From: Candidatus Bathyarchaeia archaeon
GTDB taxonomy: Archaea > Thermoproteota > Bathyarchaeia > 40CM-2-53-6
Direction: 5' to 3'
Assembly (NCBI GenBank): GCA_049517415.1
Contig: JBEKSC010000002.1
Span: 110,147-174,146, forward strand
DNA length: 64,000 nt
Shown: positions 58,359-64,000 of the stretch, piece after piece
How the letters are laid out: every line of letters starts with the position of its first letter
How positions within the stretch are numbered: the stretch's first letter is position 1
Position numbers and translations under genes: made by a program
Notes under the pieces: generated by a model
Seen by the model: only the letters and a program-made list of their open reading frames with translations
What the model was told of the DNA's origin: nothing
The model's database searches: none

Positions 58359-61322
58359 CTAGTGATTTTGTGTCCGGTCGCTTGGTGTTTGCGTAAATGT
58401 GATTGTCAGTAGGCATGGCTTGCCATTCAAGGGAAGAATGACTTCTCCGTCGGACAATCTGAGGTCAAATTCTCTCTTCTCATTATCTGAATCCACGTGT
58501 AGTATGCCCGGGAGGCTTTCGGAGTATCCGTCGGATGTGGTCCTGTGCGCCCACACCTTAAGCTCGCGTGACAGGCTGGCTGGAAGCTGGACAGTGGCGC
58601 AGCGTATCGAAGAGAAAGAGGAGATCTCTCCGGATGCAGCTTGGAGCTTTTCTTCTTTGTCGGGGTATCGGAGTGAGACCTCTGCCGCTCTGGGTTGGCC
58701 GGCTTCCGTGATGGTGAAGAATGCCCGTCCGCTTTCGCGTTGATCTTCCAGCAGCTCGAGAACCGTCCGATTGACAAAAGCGCCTTGGCGCCTCATCGCT
58801 ATGGTCATGCTCACTGTCGCAGCGCCAACGAGAAGAGCCAAAGCTCGTGGTAGAGCGTCTTGCCAGATAAGCAGACCGTGGAGAAAAAGTGTGACAAGAA
58901 ATAGGAGATATACCCCCGCGGTGATAAGCGGATTACCGAGAAGACGATAGATCACAGCTGGCAGACGCTCGCCTTTTCTGCGGCTGGCGACCATCAAAAG
59001 GTCCGGAAAAATTCCTCCTAACAACGAAACGAGAATTACACCCATGACGCTGAGGATTTCTGTAAACGAGCCTGTTCCGGTCATGACGAGCCACTCAGTC
59101 AAGAGGAAAGCGCATATCGCCGGAATCAGTGGCAAATAGCAGCGCCCAAGTCTACTTAGCATGACTTCTGTGAGGGGTTGAAAGAGTCGTCCTTTCCCGA
59201 CAAAACCCGCATCCGTTCTTGCTGATGCCTCTCCTTTCTCCAATGCTTTCCAGATTTCTTCAGGGATCTTGCGTCCTCTCCTCAGCGTGAGACAAACCTC
59301 GTAACGAACGTCACCTGCACGGGCGACATCTCCCGACGCCTTAACGAGACCCTCAGACACTAGCGCATCCAGCGTATTGCGAATCTTTGTCTCATCCTGG
59401 CCAAGGTGCGTCGCTGCCTCGGCCGCGGTCACGGCTTGCCGCTTCATAGTCCCCTGACGCAGAAGCCAATTGACAAGTCGTCTCTGGTCTTCAGGCAGCG
59501 CCACAAGATCGGCCATGGTCAGGCCAACGGTATCCCACTCTCCCCTCGGAGTCAGCTTCAATGATGAGTCAACATGCACGAGAACGCTTTCTTGGCTTGC
59601 CTCATGAACCTGCAGGGTCAGGAAGAAACCACGTTTGCGGAGCTTTGGAATCTGTTCGAAAGTTGCGGTAGCATTCCAAGTGTCCCCGAAGACAATGTGC
59701 GTGCGGCGAGTGACATCGTCTGCTTGGATGTCGAGACGGAACTCGGGCTTATCATCAGTGAGCCCGAGATAGGTCAGGCCAAGGCGAACCCCGGGTCTTT
59801 CGACCTTTCCCTCAGCCACGGCGCCCTCGCTGCTTCGTAGGAGTAGCTGACCTCTGCGACGCGGCAGTCTCACAACTACGTGCCTTCGTGTCGGAGACCA
59901 CTCGCGAGTCACATTGAAGAGACCTAACACATTGATAATCGAGGACATTCCGAGCCCGAGTATGACAAGTATCGATCCAAACAAGTACACGACGGAACCG
60001 ACTACGTCAGCGAGCGGAACAAGCGCTGTGCCTGATTCTCCAACCAATACCTGTGGTGCGACAGCGCCGTTTACTGCAAACACCCATATACAATAGATGA
60101 CCGCGGCCGTGGCCGTCGCACTGACTGCGCCGCACATCAGAGAGCGGCCACCAGGGTCGCGCCGAAGTACCACCTGAGCGCAGCTCCCCAACGATGTGTG
60201 GCCGAAATAGGCGGATAGCACGACGCCAAAGACTAGGTACAAGACCGAAGGATGGAACGTGCGCCCACTCAAGACGGGTAGGTTCACATAAAGTAGATTT
60301 GCTGGCTGCATGTAGCCCAATGCAAGTAGAGATAGGATCAGAATCAGAGCGATATTGACCGCACCAACTACAAGTGCAGAAGCCACAGTGGCACTAAGCG
60401 ATTTGAACCGCACAACATAAACCCCGACAAGAAAAAGTAGCCCGACCCACAGCTCGGCGCGTACACCTGTGGCATCTGCCAGCGTGACTGCGAACCCGAC
60501 GTAGTCCGCAATGAGTGCTAGCCAACAACTGGCGAATAGGCTCACTATCAGCATCAAGCTGCCCACTCGTCCAAGGTAGTCTTCCGCAAGACGGCCAATG
60601 AAGATGCTGCCGTAGCGGATGCTTCCGTTCCTGATGAGCGCCTCGGACATGAAAGCAATCGTCAACACATTGACCAAGCCTAACGAGATTAGGATCACCA
60701 TTCCAGCCAGAGGGCCGATACCGGCTACTGCGATGGGCAAGGCCAGATACCCTGCTCCCACCGTCTCTGTCAGCGTCAGGCCAAAAGCGGTCCAAAAAGG
60801 TGGTAGTGAGTCAACCCGATTTCCCAAGCTAGTCCAAGCCCATCGAATCGAGTCAGCTGCCCTATCGCGAGTAGCAAAGACCGCGTCCAAGGGTTGACCG
60901 TACATTTGCCTGTAGGTCCGCTGAACTTGGTCTCCGTCGAGCCCCAATACCGCCCGGATTCCTGGCACAGCCTGACGGGTTGGTCTGTACTTCTTGCCTA
61001 GGATGTGAGCGAGAGCAGCCCGAATCTTCGGGCTATCTGGTACTAGGAACGCCCATTGCGGCGCGTACCGTTCCAAGTCTTGGATTGTTGGACGCATCGG
61101 AGGCTCACGGCCCAGAGCTAGAGCCTCCAAGAAGGCGAGGTTACGCTCATCAGCCGCGTCTTGTGTGAGAAAACGCTCCATCATTTGTCGGGATTTCGCC
61201 TTGTGTTGCGCCGTCCAGCTCTCAATGGCGAAGAGTAGCGTGCTCGCTCGCTTCGCCGAGAAGCCCTGCAACAACTCTTCACGGCTGAACTCGGGCTCGC
61301 CGGATGCCATGATCACCATCAC
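58359..61322 (-). CDS. aromatic amino-acid-permease-like protein with N-terminal, internal (including wHTH) and C-terminal soluble domains
   Basis: TETVGAGYLALP permease TM1, AYFGH; TM bundle split by a ~250 aa insert containing a wHTH (~59238-59525). Confidence 0.72.
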   Translation of the reverse strand: MMVIMASGEPEFSREELLQGFSAKRASTLLFAIESWTAQHKAKSRQMMERFLTQDAADERNLAFLEALALGREPPMRPTIQDLERYAPQWAFLVPDSPKIRAALAHILGKKYRPTRQAVPGIRAVLGLDGDQVQRTYRQMYGQPLDAVFATRDRAADSIRWAWTSLGNRVDSLPPFWTAFGLTLTETVGAGYLALPIAVAGIGPLAGMVILISLGLVNVLTIAFMSEALIRNGSIRYGSIFIGRLAEDYLGRVGSLMLIVSLFASCWLALIADYVGFAVTLADATGVRAELWVGLLFLVGVYVVRFKSLSATVASALVVGAVNIALILILSLLALGYMQPANLLYVNLPVLSGRTFHPSVLYLVFGVVLSAYFGHTSLGSCAQVVLRRDPGGRSLMCGAVSATATAAVIYCIWVFAVNGAVAPQVLVGESGTALVPLADVVGSVVYLFGSILVILGLGMSSIINVLGLFNVTREWSPTRRHVVVRLPRRRGQLLLRSSEGAVAEGKVERPGVRLGLTYLGLTDDKPEFRLDIQADDVTRRTHIVFGDTWNATATFEQIPKLRKRGFFLTLQVHEASQESVLVHVDSSLKLTPRGEWDTVGLTMADLVALPEDQRRLVNWLLRQGTMKRQAVTAAEAATHLGQDETKIRNTLDALVSEGLVKASGDVARAGDVRYEVCLTLRRGRKIPEEIWKALEKGEASARTDAGFVGKGRLFQPLTEVMLSRLGRCYLPLIPAICAFLLTEWLVMTGTGSFTEILSVMGVILVSLLGGIFPDLLMVASRRKGERLPAVIYRLLGNPLITAGVYLLFLVTLFLHGLLIWQDALPRALALLVGAATVSMTIAMRRQGAFVNRTVLELLEDQRESGRAFFTITEAGQPRAAEVSLRYPDKEEKLQAASGEISSFSSIRCATVQLPASLSRELKVWAHRTTSDGYSESLPGILHVDSDNEKREFDLRLSDGEVILPLNGKPCLLTITFTQTPSDRTQNH

Positions 61323-61859
61323 GCCCTTTCCTTCAAGAGATCAACTGATAGAATAGAGCTTCCAATGATCATCTACTACCATCAATTCCGCGGTGTATAC
61401 GTCTTGTGTGAGAACTTTGCCTTAGTGAACATTTTCAAACACCCTAACCGCTTCGAACAGAAGCGCGTACGGACGCTTGAATACCGAATATCATCGGAAG
61501 TTTTCCTCTCCTCGTGAAGCAGTGAGGACCATCAAATTGGAATGGAAGAGCATGTGAGGTGTGCTACCGCGATGGCGGGAGGAGCCCGATTTCTTGTGCT
61601 TTCCCTTGGAGACCACCGGCCTTCCTGTCTTTTCGCGGACTTCAATCCCAAGGAGCTCACATGGATTGTCAGGAGCAAGAAGAGAACGATAGAGATTCAA
61701 CCCCGAACTCTGAGTAGGGAACGCTCCTCATAGGAGCGAATTCTTGGAAGATGGGGAAATCCCCAAATTGTTATATGCCAGCTGAAACAGGCACATTAGT
61801 TAGACTTATTCCACCCATCAATTCAGTTCATCCTGCTCGATTGAGGACAGGGATGGCTT

Positions 61860-62720
61860 TTGGTCACAGTATTAGAGACTCTCATTGCTCTTGTAGAATT
61901 GATGACGGTCATCGCAGTAGTCGCCTACTTGGTAAGTCGCACGAATTGGTTCTTCGACCTCTGCAACCGTAAGATCACACTGAGAAACGGGCTCCTCATA
62001 GTGGGTATTTTCGGCGCGATGTCAATTTTCGGCAACTATAGCGGAGTTGAGATCTTCGGAGCAATAGCCAACGTAAGGGACTTGGGCCCGATGATTGCTG
62101 GACTCGTAGGCGGTCCCATCGTCGGGTTAGCCACAGGCTTGATCGGCGGAGCATACAGATATTCCATGGGCGGATTCACGGCAGTTCCGTGTTCTCTCGC
62201 AACGGTGCTCTCGGGCCTGTTCGGAGGGTTGGTCTGGATATGGAAGAAGAGGCTGATTGGTGCTGTCTGGGCGACGGTATTCGCATTTTCTATGGAGTCA
62301 CTTCACATGGCCCTGACACTCGTGATAGCTCGACCTTTCAGCGAGGCGCTTGCTGTTGTTCAGGTTCTGTATCTCCCCATGACCATCAGCAACTGCGTGG
62401 GCATGGCAGTCTTCGCGTACATCGTTGACAACGTGATCAACGAGAGAAATACAGCGATACAAAGGGATCGACTCCAACAGGAACTGATGCAGAAGGAGAT
62501 ACGGATCCGTGAGCTTGAGATAGGCAGGCTCAAGAAGTACTCATCAGATCTGGAGGCCACGGTTCAGAAACTCGAGATAGTCATTGACGAGGACAGCGTC
62601 CGAAAAGAGGCTGAGAAGGTCATGGGCACGGAATTCTTCCAGGAATTGATGAACCAGATAACTGTGGTGAAACGTCGGCGACCCACGGAACCCCCTGCTC
62701 CGATCCCACAGTCATTCTGA
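61860..62720 (+). CDS. 5TM-LYT (LytS/YhcK-type) receptor with coiled coil and short helical tail; no kinase domain
   Basis: GAIANVRDLGPMIAGLVGGP.VG...GLIGGAYR; no His-box or ATPase domain. Confidence 0.85.
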   Translation: MVTVLETLIALVELMTVIAVVAYLVSRTNWFFDLCNRKITLRNGLLIVGIFGAMSIFGNYSGVEIFGAIANVRDLGPMIAGLVGGPIVGLATGLIGGAYRYSMGGFTAVPCSLATVLSGLFGGLVWIWKKRLIGAVWATVFAFSMESLHMALTLVIARPFSEALAVVQVLYLPMTISNCVGMAVFAYIVDNVINERNTAIQRDRLQQELMQKEIRIRELEIGRLKKYSSDLEATVQKLEIVIDEDSVRKEAEKVMGTEFFQELMNQITVVKRRRPTEPPAPIPQSF

Positions 62721-62815
62721 ATTGTCCGCGAGCGTTGTCCATTCTTCGGATTCCGCGACACTCCGAAGCATTTTAGGCCTTCATCAGATAGTACACGCGG
62801 AACCGAGGTCTGGGT

Positions 62816-63577
62816 ATGGGATCCGTAGTCGCAATTCATTCGTTTAGAGGCGGCACAGGCAAGTCAAATCTGACCGCAAACTTGGCCTACTGCTGCGCCA
62901 GTCAAGGAGCCCGTGTGGGAATCATAGATACTGACATCCAATCGCCAGGCATCCACGTGCTGTTCGGTCTTGGAGAGGCAGTGACCAAGTACTGCCTCAA
63001 CGACTATCTAAAAAGTAGATGTTCCATCAAGGAGGCCGTCTATGACGTGAGCGAGAGACTCTCTCTTCCGGAAGGAAGTATCAGTCTCATACCTTCGAGA
63101 CTTAACGCCGCGGCTATTGTCGGGATGTTGAAAGAAGGCTTCGATGTTCAAAGGCTCAGCACTGCTGTCTCAGATCTCAGCACAGGGCTGAAACTGGATG
63201 TATTGCTTGTGGATACTCACCCCGGTGTTGAGGAGGATACGCTGCTTTCGATAGCTCTCTGCGACATTCTGGTTGTGATACTTCGCCCCGACGAGCAGGA
63301 CTACCTCGGAACGGCCGTGACCTTCGAAATTGCGAGGAGGATGGAGGTCCCTCGAACCTTACTGATCGCAAATAGGGTACCTCCAGAGTTGGACATGGAT
63401 CAGCTCTCAGCGGAGCTGGAGAAAGCGTACAAGGTCCCAGTTATTGGCGTGTTGCCTTTCTCATATGGCCTTATGATGGCTCAGAGCAAGCAGGTGTATT
63501 CCTTTGCCTCTCCCAACGATCCATTCTCCCTCGCGACTAAGGCCACCGCCGAGAAGATCCTCAAGAGCCGTCAATAG
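62816..63577 (+). CDS. MinD/ParA family ATPase (deviant Walker A SFRGGTGKS)
   Basis: IHSFRGGTGKSN, DTDIQSPGIH, DTHPG, RPDEQDY.GT. Confidence 0.88.
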   Translation: MGSVVAIHSFRGGTGKSNLTANLAYCCASQGARVGIIDTDIQSPGIHVLFGLGEAVTKYCLNDYLKSRCSIKEAVYDVSERLSLPEGSISLIPSRLNAAAIVGMLKEGFDVQRLSTAVSDLSTGLKLDVLLVDTHPGVEEDTLLSIALCDILVVILRPDEQDYLGTAVTFEIARRMEVPRTLLIANRVPPELDMDQLSAELEKAYKVPVIGVLPFSYGLMMAQSKQVYSFASPNDPFSLATKATAEKILKSRQ

Positions 63578-63924
63578 GCAGGCGGGCCACCGAACCGCAT
63601 CCAACCACTTCATCGTTCAGTAACTATCGTACCACCGTTCGTGGGAGAAAGAAAGATGGGTACTAGACCGGCTGTGGATGTCTGAGGAGAATCCTAATAC
63701 TTTCCTACTCACATTTGTGTGCGAGAAACAGGTCGACATGACTGGTCTCAATGAACACGAACTGCCGTCCCTGAGTTTCCTCTTAGTGAAAAGCTACCCT
63801 AGGGCGTGGCAGGAATTCTGGGAGCGCGTCGGACTTCTTTTCCCTCGCTCTTTTCCAACATCTTCTTACACTAGCGACAGTTTCGGCACTCACAGCGGAT
63901 TCCGATCGTTACCTCGAATGCATC

Positions 63925-64000
63925 CTAAGTTTTGGACGTCTTCTTGAATTTCGAAATCACTAAGGCAACTGCGAGGACTATGACAAACCAGACGATGATA
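63925..64000 (-). CDS. 3' end of a membrane protein starting beyond the window
   Basis: IIVWFVIVLAVALVISKFKKTSKT*. Confidence 0.5.
   Translation of the reverse strand, partial: IIVWFVIVLAVALVISKFKKTSKT

Noticed and set aside
62816..63577. Cell-division MinD or partitioning ParA
   Set aside because: No minC/minE, parB or segB nearby; the Walker A has Arg in place of the signature Lys, and the context is a sensor gene.
63678..63947. 89 aa plus-strand ORF
   Set aside because: No motifs, and it overlaps the end of a more plausible minus-strand membrane protein.

Overview
Archaeal chromosomal window. The informational genes (aIF5A/DHS, SRP54, L21e, Rpo4, L10e, Dph2, Csl4, Rpo11, Nob1) and frequent TTG/GTG starts suggest a TACK archaeon, plausibly Bathyarchaeia (inference). 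Five parts. (1) 1-12.7 kb: a defence island with a DISARM-like cluster (nuclease-domain protein, C5-MTase, Mig-like glycosylase, drmA, drmB, drmC, unknown 482 aa gene). It ends in a frameshifted tyrosine integrase and an orphan tRNA-Leu 3' half that retains part of its intron. (2) 12.9-20 kb: decayed accessory region with RHH genes, toxin-antitoxin modules, a Mo/W ABC permease plus ATPase, a GyrI-like gene and a beta-helix protein; then phosphomutase-deoC-APC permease (20.6-24.3 kb). (3) 24515-31425: a compact ~6.9 kb integrative element bounded by a 10-bp direct repeat (GAACAAAAAT). It inserted into the 3' end of a NUDIX gene and swapped its C-terminus; it carries an integrase, AbrB, several Zn-finger ORFs, a PD-(D/E)XK protein and two PEF-CTERM surface proteins. 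(4) 31.4-51 kb: core housekeeping genes, two of which appear to start at CTG. (5) 51-64 kb: accessory genes interspersed with a ~30-bp imperfect palindromic repeat. This part ends in an apparently uncharacterised kinase-free signalling module: a 5TM-LYT sensor with a short helical tail, a MinD-like ATPase, and an amino-acid permease with an internal wHTH. All calls come from reading motifs by eye; no searches were run.
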